IMG/VR virus record: IMGVR_UViG_3300025103_000122
Location: 1-27,654 of that record
Strand: one strand, 5' to 3'
Source of the DNA: a virus
Taxonomy: Duplodnaviria; Caudoviricetes
DNA: 27,654 nucleotides
In this document: positions 15,651 to 24,874 of the stretch, piece by piece
Layout of the letters: each line of letters begins with the position of its first letter
Position numbering within the stretch: position 1 is the stretch's first letter
Translations under genes and position numbers: made by a program
The notes under the pieces: model-generated
Database searches by the model: none
Told to the model about the DNA's origin: nothing
What the model saw: only the letters and a program-made list of their open reading frames with translations

Positions 15651-17129
15651 ATGGCATTAATACCACTACAATTACCACCAGGAATACATCGAAACGGAAC
15701 GGACTTTGAGTCCTCGAATAGATGGAGAGATGCTTCTTTAATTAGATGGCATGATGGATCATTAAGACCTATAGGTGGATGGACTACTAGAAAGGCAAGT
15801 GCATTTGCAGCGGCACCAAGGGCAATGATCTCTTGGTTAGACAATACAACAGACTCTTATTTAGCAGGAGCAACCTACAATAAACTATACTATGTAAATC
15901 CCTCACATACAGTTTATGACATAACACCTTCAGGATTGACATCAGGTTCAGAGGATGCCTATACAAACTTAGGTTATGGTGGAGGTTTTTATGGACTCAC
16001 CAATTATGGTAGACAACCAACAAGTTCAGGTGTTTATCATGAAGCTACAACTTGGGCATTAGATACTTGGGGTGAATACCTTATGGCTTGTTCATCAAAA
16101 GATGGTAAGTTATATGAATGGCAATTAAACACAGGTGTAACTGCACAAGTAGTTGCGAATGCACCAACAGGCAATAAATCAATGGTTGTAACTGAAGAAA
16201 GGTTTGTTATGGCACTTGGTGCAGGTGGAAATCCTCGTAAAGTGCAATGGTGTGATCAAGAAAATAATACGACATGGACTGCATCAGCTACAAACCAAGC
16301 AGGTGATTTTGAATTACAGACAACTGGACAAATTATGTGTGGTGTTCGTATGAGAGGAAGAACTTTAATACTCACAGATAATGATGCGCATATAGCGACA
16401 TACTCAGGTGCGCCATTTGTTTATGGTTTCGAGAGAGTTGGTACAGCTTGTGGTGTAGCATCAAGGAAAGCTGCTGTCGCAATTGATGAGGGAGCATTTT
16501 GGATGGGCAAGAAAGGGTTTTTCTCTTTTGATGGCTCTATTGCAACAGAAGTTCCATGTGAAGCACTAGATTATGTTTTCGATGACATTAATGATTCACA
16601 AATAAGCAAAGTTTATGCAGTACACAATGCTCAACATGGCGAGATATGGTGGTTCTATCCATCAAGTAGTTCAAATGAAAACGATAGATATATTTCACTT
16701 GACTATAAAGAAAATCATTGGAATGTTGGAGTTTTAGATCGTACAGCAGGTGTAGATCAAGGTGTATTCAACAAGCCAATATGGGCAGATGCTAGTGGAA
16801 ATCTATATAATCACGAATCAGGTACTACACATGGATCAACAAAACCATACGCTGAATCAGGTGCAATTAGTTTAGGCAATGGTGATAGTATTATGAAAGT
16901 AACACAGCTTATCCCTGACGAGAAAACGCAAGGACAAGTAGAAGTTACATTTAAGACAAGATTTTATCCTAATGCTACTGAGACATCTCATGGTGCATTT
17001 ACTCTTAGTAATCCAACAGATGTTAGGTTTCAGGGTAGACAAGTACGCATTAAGGTTCAAGGTGTAGGAAATACCGATTGGAGGTCAGGTATTATGCGAA
17101 TAGAAGCAAGTGCAGGTGGTAGGCGATGA
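15651..17129 (+). CDS. Tail nozzle / head stabilisation protein (P22 gp10-like beta-propeller)
   Basis: 492 aa, beta-rich; VQWCDQEN..W, AFWMG and EIWWFYP motifs; position in the tail module. Confidence 0.75.
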   Translation: MALIPLQLPPGIHRNGTDFESSNRWRDASLIRWHDGSLRPIGGWTTRKASAFAAAPRAMISWLDNTTDSYLAGATYNKLYYVNPSHTVYDITPSGLTSGSEDAYTNLGYGGGFYGLTNYGRQPTSSGVYHEATTWALDTWGEYLMACSSKDGKLYEWQLNTGVTAQVVANAPTGNKSMVVTEERFVMALGAGGNPRKVQWCDQENNTTWTASATNQAGDFELQTTGQIMCGVRMRGRTLILTDNDAHIATYSGAPFVYGFERVGTACGVASRKAAVAIDEGAFWMGKKGFFSFDGSIATEVPCEALDYVFDDINDSQISKVYAVHNAQHGEIWWFYPSSSSNENDRYISLDYKENHWNVGVLDRTAGVDQGVFNKPIWADASGNLYNHESGTTHGSTKPYAESGAISLGNGDSIMKVTQLIPDEKTQGQVEVTFKTRFYPNATETSHGAFTLSNPTDVRFQGRQVRIKVQGVGNTDWRSGIMRIEASAGGRR

Positions 17130-17341
17130 GTTTAGCTACACCTCCACCACCTTTAGGTGAGAATTGGAAATCATGGGGAGAGCGTGTTAATAAGTTTCTT
17201 ATGAACACAAGAAGTAAATTACAATTTAAAGACTCAAGTTCTAAAGCTGTAGAGGATGGTATTTTGATGTGGGATGAAGCGCAAAATGCTGTTGTTGTAA
17301 GTAAGAACGGTGCTTGGGTTAAACTAAAATACGATCCATGA
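17126..17341 (+). CDS. Small tail-associated protein
   Basis: 71 aa, coupled on both sides; DGILMWD...NGAWVKL. Confidence 0.7.
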   Translation: MSLATPPPPLGENWKSWGERVNKFLMNTRSKLQFKDSSSKAVEDGILMWDEAQNAVVVSKNGAWVKLKYDP

Positions 17342-17715
17342 GTTTAGAAGAAGAATTGATAAGATGTAAAGACTGGATACAGTCAGCTTTAAACAAAGGT
17401 GGTGATACTCACGACTTTAAAGACATAGTTGATGGGATAATGAGTGGAAACTTTCAGCTATGGTTAGGTGCAAACGGTTGTGCAGTAACTGAAATAGTAG
17501 TGTATCCTAATAAGAAGGTTCTTCATGTGTTCTTAGCAGGTGGGGATCAAGGGCAAGGAATAGAACAAATTACCGATATGCATGATGATGCAATGGCATG
17601 GGGTAAACAGCAAGGTTGTGATGGTATGACTGTTACTGGTCGTAGAGGTTGGAAAAAAGTTTTAGCTTCTAGGGGTTGGAAAGAGCAATTCACAACATTA
17701 TTAAAGGAGTTTTGA
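17338..17715 (+). CDS. GNAT-fold-like virion assembly protein (P22 gp14/T7 gp13 position)
   Basis: LHVFLAGG...AWGKQQGCD...GRRGWKKVL; lies between the nozzle and ejection-type genes. Confidence 0.65.
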   Translation: MSLEEELIRCKDWIQSALNKGGDTHDFKDIVDGIMSGNFQLWLGANGCAVTEIVVYPNKKVLHVFLAGGDQGQGIEQITDMHDDAMAWGKQQGCDGMTVTGRRGWKKVLASRGWKEQFTTLLKEF

Positions 17716-17716
17716 C

Positions 17717-18502
17717 ATGAGTAGTGGTGGTGGAAAAGGTGGAAAAAATGAAAGTAAAACAGAGCAAGATTTACCTGAATGGCTAAAACAACCAGCGATT
17801 AGGAACTTACAACGTGCTGAAGATGTTCAGCGAATTGAGTATATGCCTTATCGTGGCGCAGAGATTGCGGCTTTTAATGATGTGCAAAATGCGGCAATGA
17901 ATAACAATATTGCAACAGCTAAAGCGTTTGGCTTACTTGATCCTAATAGTACAATGACTGCTGAAGGTCAGATGCCAACACCAACTACATTTGATGGTGG
18001 ATTTAAAGGTTATTCGTCAATGCCACTATACGATCAAGCACTTGCTGAAACAAAAGCACAACAACCAGGTGCAATAGCACAATATGAAGCGTTATTTGGC
18101 GCACCAGCTATGGCACAGTTAAATGCAGCTAGAAATAGTGGTGGAGGTCGTTTTAGAGGTAATGCTAGTAGTCCTTCTCATAATCCAAGTAAACCATACG
18201 ATCCAACAAGTGAGCCATATTACACACCGATGGGCGGCCCTCGAAGAAGCGTTGAAGGTGGAGGTGGCGCAGCTCGTGAAAGACAACGTGAAAGATTAGC
18301 AAAAGCAGAAGCTGAAAGAGTAGCAGCTATGGATAAAGCAATGTCAAGCTATGGAACAAGAGGTACACCTAGATATGTATCTCAAGGGAATCCACACTCT
18401 AGTGGTGGTTTAACTAGCAGATTAGATAGCAAAGGTGCTACACCGACACCTGTTAGTAGACCGATAGACGAAATAGTAGCGGGGTATCGCTCAAAAAAGT
18501 AG
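17717..18502 (+). CDS. Putative DNA ejection/internal virion protein 1 (261 aa; predicted 330-aa -1 frameshift isoform ending at 18708)
   Basis: MSSGGGKGG N-terminus, Gly/Ala/Gln-rich, follows the GNAT-like gene, ends in A AAA AAG TAG. Confidence 0.7.
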   Translation: MSSGGGKGGKNESKTEQDLPEWLKQPAIRNLQRAEDVQRIEYMPYRGAEIAAFNDVQNAAMNNNIATAKAFGLLDPNSTMTAEGQMPTPTTFDGGFKGYSSMPLYDQALAETKAQQPGAIAQYEALFGAPAMAQLNAARNSGGGRFRGNASSPSHNPSKPYDPTSEPYYTPMGGPRRSVEGGGGAARERQRERLAKAEAERVAAMDKAMSSYGTRGTPRYVSQGNPHSSGGLTSRLDSKGATPTPVSRPIDEIVAGYRSKK

Positions 18503-18528
18503 TTGAGCCGTCATTAATAATGCGCGGC
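18481..18528 (+). promoter_or_regulatory. Programmed -1 ribosomal frameshift cassette
   Basis: SD-like GGGGT at 18481-18485, in-frame A-AAA-AAG at 18493-18499, 7-nt spacer, hairpin at 18507-18528; the -1 frame is open into ORF 18520..18708. Confidence 0.7.
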
Positions 18529-18708
18529 CCATTTGAAAAAGAACAATATGATAGAGATACACAAAAATTCTTTGCTGACAGAACACAACAAGGTGGTAAC
18601 CCACATCAGAGATCGTCAGTTAAAAATGCAGGTGGTGGCATAACAAATGTTAGTCATCCAGTATCAGATGCAGGTTGGAGATTATTATTGAATGATAGGA
18701 AACGATAG
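18520..18708 (+). CDS. Probable frameshift extension of 17717..18502 rather than an independent gene
   Basis: No SD, the ATG is buried in a hairpin, and the frame is open back through the slippery site. Confidence 0.6.
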   Translation: MRGPFEKEQYDRDTQKFFADRTQQGGNPHQRSSVKNAGGGITNVSHPVSDAGWRLLLNDRKR

Positions 18709-18717
18709 GAGATAAAA

Positions 18718-19491
18718 ATGGCAGGATCACCATTACCAGGTGGGCAAACAGCACCACCAAACATAAATAGCCTAGCCGCACAGGGTATTCAAGGTGCGGG
18801 TATGGGAACTGCTACAGGTATGGGTTATACACCATTATCTGTAACACCAAATCAGTTAGCTACTACTAATCTAGCACCGTATATGAACCCTTATACAGAT
18901 GCAGTTATTAAGCAAAATGAAGCTGACATACTAAGAGGGGCGCAGATAGGACTTAACGAATTATCATCTCAGGCACAAGCGGCAAAATCATTCGGTGGAT
19001 CAAGACATGGTATTCAAGGTGCTGAGTTAGGTAGATCGTCACTTGAACAACTCGCTAAATCATCAGCAGGACTGAGACAAGCTAATTATGGTAATGCACA
19101 ACAAGCGGCTATGCAAGATATAAATACTAATCTTCAAGGTCAGTTGGCTAACCAAAGTGCTGATTTATCAGGAGCAGGACAGAGACTAGGAGCTGCTAAT
19201 CAACTAGGTCAGTTATCTAATCTTGGCTTTGGCATGGGGCAACAAGTTAACCAAAACCTTGCACAACAAGGTGCAATGCAACAAGCACTACAGCAAATGG
19301 TAATGGACAATGCTACGAATAAGTTTAATCAATACACAGGACACCCAGCGGCTGGTCTTGGTTATTTGACAAATGCTTTAAACGCTACACCATTGAATAA
19401 TGCTATGTATAAAAACACAACAGAAACGAAAACACCAGGTTTATTTGATTACCTAAGTTTAGGGGCATCAGGTTACACAGGAGGTAACTAA
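18718..19491 (+). CDS. Putative DNA ejection/pilot protein 2
   Basis: Gln/Ala/Gly-rich; YMNPYTDAV and FGGSRHGI motifs; AGGAG SD. Confidence 0.7.
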   Translation: MAGSPLPGGQTAPPNINSLAAQGIQGAGMGTATGMGYTPLSVTPNQLATTNLAPYMNPYTDAVIKQNEADILRGAQIGLNELSSQAQAAKSFGGSRHGIQGAELGRSSLEQLAKSSAGLRQANYGNAQQAAMQDINTNLQGQLANQSADLSGAGQRLGAANQLGQLSNLGFGMGQQVNQNLAQQGAMQQALQQMVMDNATNKFNQYTGHPAAGLGYLTNALNATPLNNAMYKNTTETKTPGLFDYLSLGASGYTGGN

Positions 19492-20807
19492 TGGCTAGTT
19501 TTGGATTAGGGCAAATGTTGATCGGTGGCTTGATTGGTAGTCAATTAGGCAAAGGTGGTTTGTTAGGATCGGATGACGAAGATAAACAACCACAAGCACA
19601 ACCACAAGCACAGTCACAAGGTGGAGGAGTTTTCGGTGGTATTGGTGGTATGGTTACTGGTATTAGCAATGAATTGTTTAAAGGTATGAGCCAAGAACAA
19701 GTTGCTAGATTAGGCATGGGATTTAACTCAATGCGTTTAAATCCGAGTGATAATTTAGCGGCTAGTTTTCAAACAACTATTAATGATAGCATTGCAAAAG
19801 CAAAACTTACAAAACAAACTACTGACACAATAGATTGGTTGAAAAATTCAGTAACAGATGAATATCCAAATGGTCGAACAGACATCATAAATATGCTCTC
19901 AAAAGGCATTATATCCCCAACAGATGCAATAACTATGTCTCAGAAAAAGCCAAGTACATTAGCAGAAAAATTTACAAAATATGATAATCTTAAACAAATA
20001 TATGGTGGTGCTGACAAAATACCAACACATGAATTAGCGCTTCTCAATATTACACAAAACGAAGTAAACAGTATTGAAGAATTTGAATACTACAAAAAGG
20101 GTTTAAAACCAGGTGAAGAAGCATTAACCTACTTACAATTTTTAGATTTAGGAGCGCCAAAAACTACAATTACATTTGAAGATCAAAAAGTAATTGAAGA
20201 AAACGCTTTTTGGAAAGCATACAATGCAGACATGATTAAAGAGGTTATTGCTTGGCAAGTAGATAACGCAGATAAAAAGGGAAATATTGTTAAATTAATG
20301 GATGTATTAGAGCAACTAGGTGATCCAAATGCATTGTTGACTGGGCCGCTGATTGGTCAAATGCCTGATTTCATACAGAATTGGCTTAACCCTGACTCAG
20401 TAGCGGCACGAGAAGCAGTTGAATCAGTTGTACAAAGAAACCTTAAAGCTGTGTTAGGTGGGCAGTTTACAGAGCGAGAAGGTGAAAAACTGGTTAAACG
20501 TGCTTACAACCCTAGTTTGAGTCAAGAAGAAAATGCTAAACGTCTAAGAATACTTATTGAACAAATGGTTAGAGCTGCTGAAATGCAAGATGCACGAGCA
20601 GCTTGGATTATGGATGATGATAATAATGGTAGCTTTAGAGGATTTAACGGTGAGATACCAACATTGGATGATTTTTGGACAGCACTTTCATCTAGTCAGA
20701 AAGGTGATATAGTTTGTGATACTGCCACAGGTAATGCACAAAAATGCTATGAATACTTGGGTGGAGATGAGAAGTCTAAAGCTAGTTGGAAATTAGTGGA
20801 GAAATAA
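19491..20807 (+). CDS. Putative DNA ejection protein 3
   Basis: Gly-rich hydrophobic N-terminus, helical body, TAATG coupling, position in the block. Confidence 0.62.
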   Translation: MASFGLGQMLIGGLIGSQLGKGGLLGSDDEDKQPQAQPQAQSQGGGVFGGIGGMVTGISNELFKGMSQEQVARLGMGFNSMRLNPSDNLAASFQTTINDSIAKAKLTKQTTDTIDWLKNSVTDEYPNGRTDIINMLSKGIISPTDAITMSQKKPSTLAEKFTKYDNLKQIYGGADKIPTHELALLNITQNEVNSIEEFEYYKKGLKPGEEALTYLQFLDLGAPKTTITFEDQKVIEENAFWKAYNADMIKEVIAWQVDNADKKGNIVKLMDVLEQLGDPNALLTGPLIGQMPDFIQNWLNPDSVAAREAVESVVQRNLKAVLGGQFTEREGEKLVKRAYNPSLSQEENAKRLRILIEQMVRAAEMQDARAAWIMDDDNNGSFRGFNGEIPTLDDFWTALSSSQKGDIVCDTATGNAQKCYEYLGGDEKSKASWKLVEK

Positions 20808-20808
20808 T

Positions 20809-22506
20809 ATGGCAACGCTAGTAGATATGCAAGAACAGATTAAAGCTAAACAAGAACAAGTTTTAGCTGATGCTAAATTAAAAGAACAGTCAATAACTAG
20901 CCAAGCACTTAAAGTTGCTTCATCACATGACATCATCAGTCCGTGGGAAAGAGATGATCCATCAGAAACAATGTCATGGAATCAAGCCTTAGTACAAGGC
21001 GCTCAAAATTTACCAAGTTCTGGTGTTGGAGTAGTGAGAGATTTAGCTCATGCTGTAATGCATCCAATAGATACTGGAATGACTATCCTTAAATTAATGC
21101 AAGGTTCATTGCACTTAGTATTGCCTGATGAAATACAACAAAGATTTGATCCTGAAGGTCAGACAGAAGAAGCTCAAGAAATGGCTAGAGCAGTTGGTCA
21201 ATACTTTAAAGACAAATACAAAGATGAAGATAGTATTAAACACGTTATAGCTAATGATCCAGCTTCTGTACTTATGGATATTGCTACTGTGTTGTCAGGT
21301 GGTGGTTTGGCTGTTGCAAAAACAGGACAAATTGCAAGAGTAGGTAAAATGGCAACAACTGGTCAAGCAATGCAAAAGGCAAGTACATTTGTTGATCCAT
21401 TGGTAGCTACTGCAAAATTAGGTACTACATCAGTTGGTCTTACAGCATTAGCTGCACGAGAGATGACAGGTGCTTTATCAGGAACAGGTGGTGGAACAGT
21501 TGGTAATTTGTATGATGCATCAAGAGCAGGTTCAAAAGAAGGCTCTTGGTTCTCAAGAGGTGAAGAAGGTCAAATGGCTACAAGCGCCTTACGAGGAAGT
21601 GGAAATTTAGACAATGTTTTACAAGTGGCTTTGCGTGATCTTGATGTAATGAAAAAACAAAAGCAAGACAATTATCGTCAAAACGAACTATTGTGGAAAA
21701 AAGATAACACAATATTAAATTTTGAGGAAATCACAGCAGCTTTAAACAATGCAGAAAAAATGGTCAAGTATCAAGGAACAATTAAAAATCCAGCAGGTGC
21801 TAAAGCATTAGATGAGCTAAGAAAAATTGTAGATGATTGGAAACTTAAACCTGAACGCACTCATCATACTCCTGAAGGTATGGATGCTCTTAAACAGAGA
21901 TTATGGGCAGTAGTAGAAACTGTGCCTATTGAAAATGCAACAGCAAAAGGTGTAGCTCAAAATATTTATCATTCAGTAAAAAATACTATATCTAAACAAG
22001 CACCTGGTTATGCAAAAGCAATGAAAGAATATACAGATGCATTAGATTTAATTAAAGAAATAGAAAAAACATTATCACTTAATCCAAAAAAAGGTAGTGT
22101 AGATACAGCAATAAGAAAACTAAACTCTATTATGCGTGACAATGTAAACACTAATTACGGTCAAAGAGTTAAATTAGCTAGACAATTAGAAGATGTAGGT
22201 GGAGAAAAGTTCTTAGCTGAACTTGCAGGGCAACAATTTTCAAGTGCAATGCCAAGAAGCATACAAGGTGCTGTATTACCAGCAATGGCAACAACAGCAG
22301 TAGCAACAGGTGGTGGAAGTATACCAGGTGCTATGGCAACTTTAGCAATGGGATCACCAAGAATAGTAGGTGAAGGCGCTAACTTAACTGGATATATTAT
22401 GGGTAAACTAGACAAATTACCTACACCAAGTTATGAAGGTATAGCTGGATTGCTAGAATTACTTTATCAAACACAAGCACAACTTGAAAATAAACAGAAT
22501 CAATAA
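20809..22506 (+). CDS. Putative DNA ejection protein 4
   Basis: 565 aa, helical, with Ala/Gly-rich hydrophobic segments; last gene of the ejection-type block. Confidence 0.62.
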   Translation: MATLVDMQEQIKAKQEQVLADAKLKEQSITSQALKVASSHDIISPWERDDPSETMSWNQALVQGAQNLPSSGVGVVRDLAHAVMHPIDTGMTILKLMQGSLHLVLPDEIQQRFDPEGQTEEAQEMARAVGQYFKDKYKDEDSIKHVIANDPASVLMDIATVLSGGGLAVAKTGQIARVGKMATTGQAMQKASTFVDPLVATAKLGTTSVGLTALAAREMTGALSGTGGGTVGNLYDASRAGSKEGSWFSRGEEGQMATSALRGSGNLDNVLQVALRDLDVMKKQKQDNYRQNELLWKKDNTILNFEEITAALNNAEKMVKYQGTIKNPAGAKALDELRKIVDDWKLKPERTHHTPEGMDALKQRLWAVVETVPIENATAKGVAQNIYHSVKNTISKQAPGYAKAMKEYTDALDLIKEIEKTLSLNPKKGSVDTAIRKLNSIMRDNVNTNYGQRVKLARQLEDVGGEKFLAELAGQQFSSAMPRSIQGAVLPAMATTAVATGGGSIPGAMATLAMGSPRIVGEGANLTGYIMGKLDKLPTPSYEGIAGLLELLYQTQAQLENKQNQ

Positions 22507-22517
22507 AAGGATTTAAG

Positions 22518-24617
22518 ATGGCAAATACAGAACTAAAAGCAATGAGTGAAGATGATGTACAGAAAATATCATCTGAAGCTGTTAGAAGTGCAATCAATTT
22601 TGTTGAAAGTGAGATAGCCGAAGATCGTATCAAAGCACAGCGTTATTTTGAGGGTGAAACTGATATAGGTGAAGAAGAAGGTCGTTCAAAAATCGTATCA
22701 ACTAAAGTTCGTGACTGTATTAGGGCGATTAAGCCTAGTTTGATGCGTGTTTTCTTGTCATCAGAGAATCCAGTTGAATATATTCCAACAAGCCAAGAAG
22801 ATGTAGCAAATGCAGAACAGGCAACTAAATATGCCAATTATAAGTTTGGTGAACTAAATGGTTACACTTTGTTAAATGATGCAATACACGATGCTTTAGT
22901 TAAAAAGACAGGTGTTCTTAAAATATGGTGGGAAGATAACACAGATGAAGAATTTTTTAACTTTACGAATGTTACTGAGGAAGAAATGGCTGCTATTGTC
23001 AATGAACCTGATGCTACAGTCATTGAACAGTCTATGGAAATGTCTATGGAGATGGGTGAAGATGGCATGGAAGTAGAAACTCCTGAGTATTCACTTAAAG
23101 TTAGCTATAAAAAAGAGAAAGGTAAGCTACAAATTGAATCCGTACCACCTGAAGAATTTATAGTAGATCGTAACGCTAAATCTGTTGAAGATGCTTATGT
23201 GGTTGCACATAGAACAGAGATGAGAGTTAGTGAACTTGTACAAATGGGATATGATTGGGAAACAGTTTCTAATTTATCAGGTTTAAGTTCAGATGACACA
23301 TATACAGACTCTGAAGCATTTGAACGCAAAGGTTATGAGCAAGATGAAGAAGATACTACTCTTGATATAAGTATGAAGAAGGTAGCTGTATCAGAAGCCT
23401 ATATGAAAATGGACAAGGAAGGAACTGGCATAGCATCAATGTACAGAATAGTATTAGCTGGTGGTGATAACACGCTATTAGAATGTGAGCCTTGGGGTGA
23501 AGTGCCATTTGCAGTATTTGAAATTGATCCTGAACCACATACATTCTTTGGTCGTAGTGTTGCTGATCTAATTATGAACGACCAAGACTCCTCTACAGCA
23601 ATGCTTAGAGGTATGATGGATAACGTAGCATTAACCAATTCACCTAGACAGGGTTATGTACAAGGACAAGTGAATGTAGATGATCTAATGAATAATGAGA
23701 TTGGTGGATTAGTTAGATTAAAGTCTCCACAGGCTCTAGTTGATATTGCAACACCATTTGTAGCAGGTCAGGTTCTTACAGCGATGCAATACATGGATGA
23801 TGCTGTTGAAGGTAAGACAGGAGTCAGTAGAGCTTCACAAGGACTTGATCCTGATGCTTTACAAAACACTTCAGCGACAGCAGCTCGTTTACAAGCACAA
23901 CAAGGTTCAGCACAAATTGAAGTTATGGCTCGAAATATTGCCGAGGGAGGTATGAAACGCTTATTTAAGCTAATGCTACATCTTTTGGTAGAAAATAGTT
24001 GTGAGGATACTATGATGCGTTTACATGGTGATTTTGTTCCAGTTGATCCTCGTTCTTGGAATACAGACATGGATTTGTCTTGTAATGTTGGTTTAGGAAC
24101 TGGTAGAGAAGAAACTAGAACAATGGCTTTAAATCAAGCGTTACAGATGCAGATGCAGATATGGTCAACATATGGGCAAGGCAATGGTCTTGTTACCATG
24201 ACAGGAATTAGAAACACTCTAGGAGATATGTTAGCGATTGCAGGTATTAAGAATGTTGATAGATACTTTAATCCTATGACTCCTGAGATGGAACAACAAC
24301 TAATGCAACAGAAACAGCAAGAAGCACAAGAGAATCCACAGTTATCTGATGCAGAAGCGATTGTACAAGCAGAACAATACAAGGCTGATAAGAAGGCTGA
24401 AATGGATATGCTTAAAGCACAGATTGATGCACAGAAAGCCATTGCAGTTGATGACAGAGAGCGTGATAAGATGGATCAAGACCTATTAACTGATGCAGCT
24501 AAGATACTTGGTGAATACGGAACTAAGGTAGATGTTGAAACCATAAAAGGTCAACAAAAAGAGCCTAGATACCCACAAGAATCACCTGCTAAAGCAGTAA
24601 CTGGAGGTAGATTCTAG
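22518..24617 (+). CDS. Portal protein (P22-like, long Gln-rich C-terminus)
   Basis: GRSKIVSTKVRD..PSLMRVF, DALVKKTGVLK, VPPEEF and PHTFFGRS motifs; precedes scaffold and capsid genes. Confidence 0.92.
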   Translation: MANTELKAMSEDDVQKISSEAVRSAINFVESEIAEDRIKAQRYFEGETDIGEEEGRSKIVSTKVRDCIRAIKPSLMRVFLSSENPVEYIPTSQEDVANAEQATKYANYKFGELNGYTLLNDAIHDALVKKTGVLKIWWEDNTDEEFFNFTNVTEEEMAAIVNEPDATVIEQSMEMSMEMGEDGMEVETPEYSLKVSYKKEKGKLQIESVPPEEFIVDRNAKSVEDAYVVAHRTEMRVSELVQMGYDWETVSNLSGLSSDDTYTDSEAFERKGYEQDEEDTTLDISMKKVAVSEAYMKMDKEGTGIASMYRIVLAGGDNTLLECEPWGEVPFAVFEIDPEPHTFFGRSVADLIMNDQDSSTAMLRGMMDNVALTNSPRQGYVQGQVNVDDLMNNEIGGLVRLKSPQALVDIATPFVAGQVLTAMQYMDDAVEGKTGVSRASQGLDPDALQNTSATAARLQAQQGSAQIEVMARNIAEGGMKRLFKLMLHLLVENSCEDTMMRLHGDFVPVDPRSWNTDMDLSCNVGLGTGREETRTMALNQALQMQMQIWSTYGQGNGLVTMTGIRNTLGDMLAIAGIKNVDRYFNPMTPEMEQQLMQQKQQEAQENPQLSDAEAIVQAEQYKADKKAEMDMLKAQIDAQKAIAVDDRERDKMDQDLLTDAAKILGEYGTKVDVETIKGQQKEPRYPQESPAKAVTGGRF

Positions 24618-24874
24618 TGGCAAACCAACTATCAGTAGTGGAAAAAGGCGCTAAAATGAGAACATTAAAAGCTGATGACACGTTTCAATTGGCTTTCAAA
24701 GAGATTACAGATCAGCAAATAGCTGTGTTTGTAAGTGCAGATTCGACAACGGATCAGCGAGAGGAAGCTCACAATTTAATTTGTGCGCTTAGAAAGATTG
24801 AGGATTACTTCGACTCTGTAGATACAGATGAAGCAATGTACAATCATAAACTTAAAAAGGAGACAGCACCGTGA
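24617..24874 (+). CDS. Small head-module protein between portal and scaffold
   Basis: 85 aa, GGAGGT SD, GTG start. Confidence 0.75.
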   Translation: MANQLSVVEKGAKMRTLKADDTFQLAFKEITDQQIAVFVSADSTTDQREEAHNLICALRKIEDYFDSVDTDEAMYNHKLKKETAP

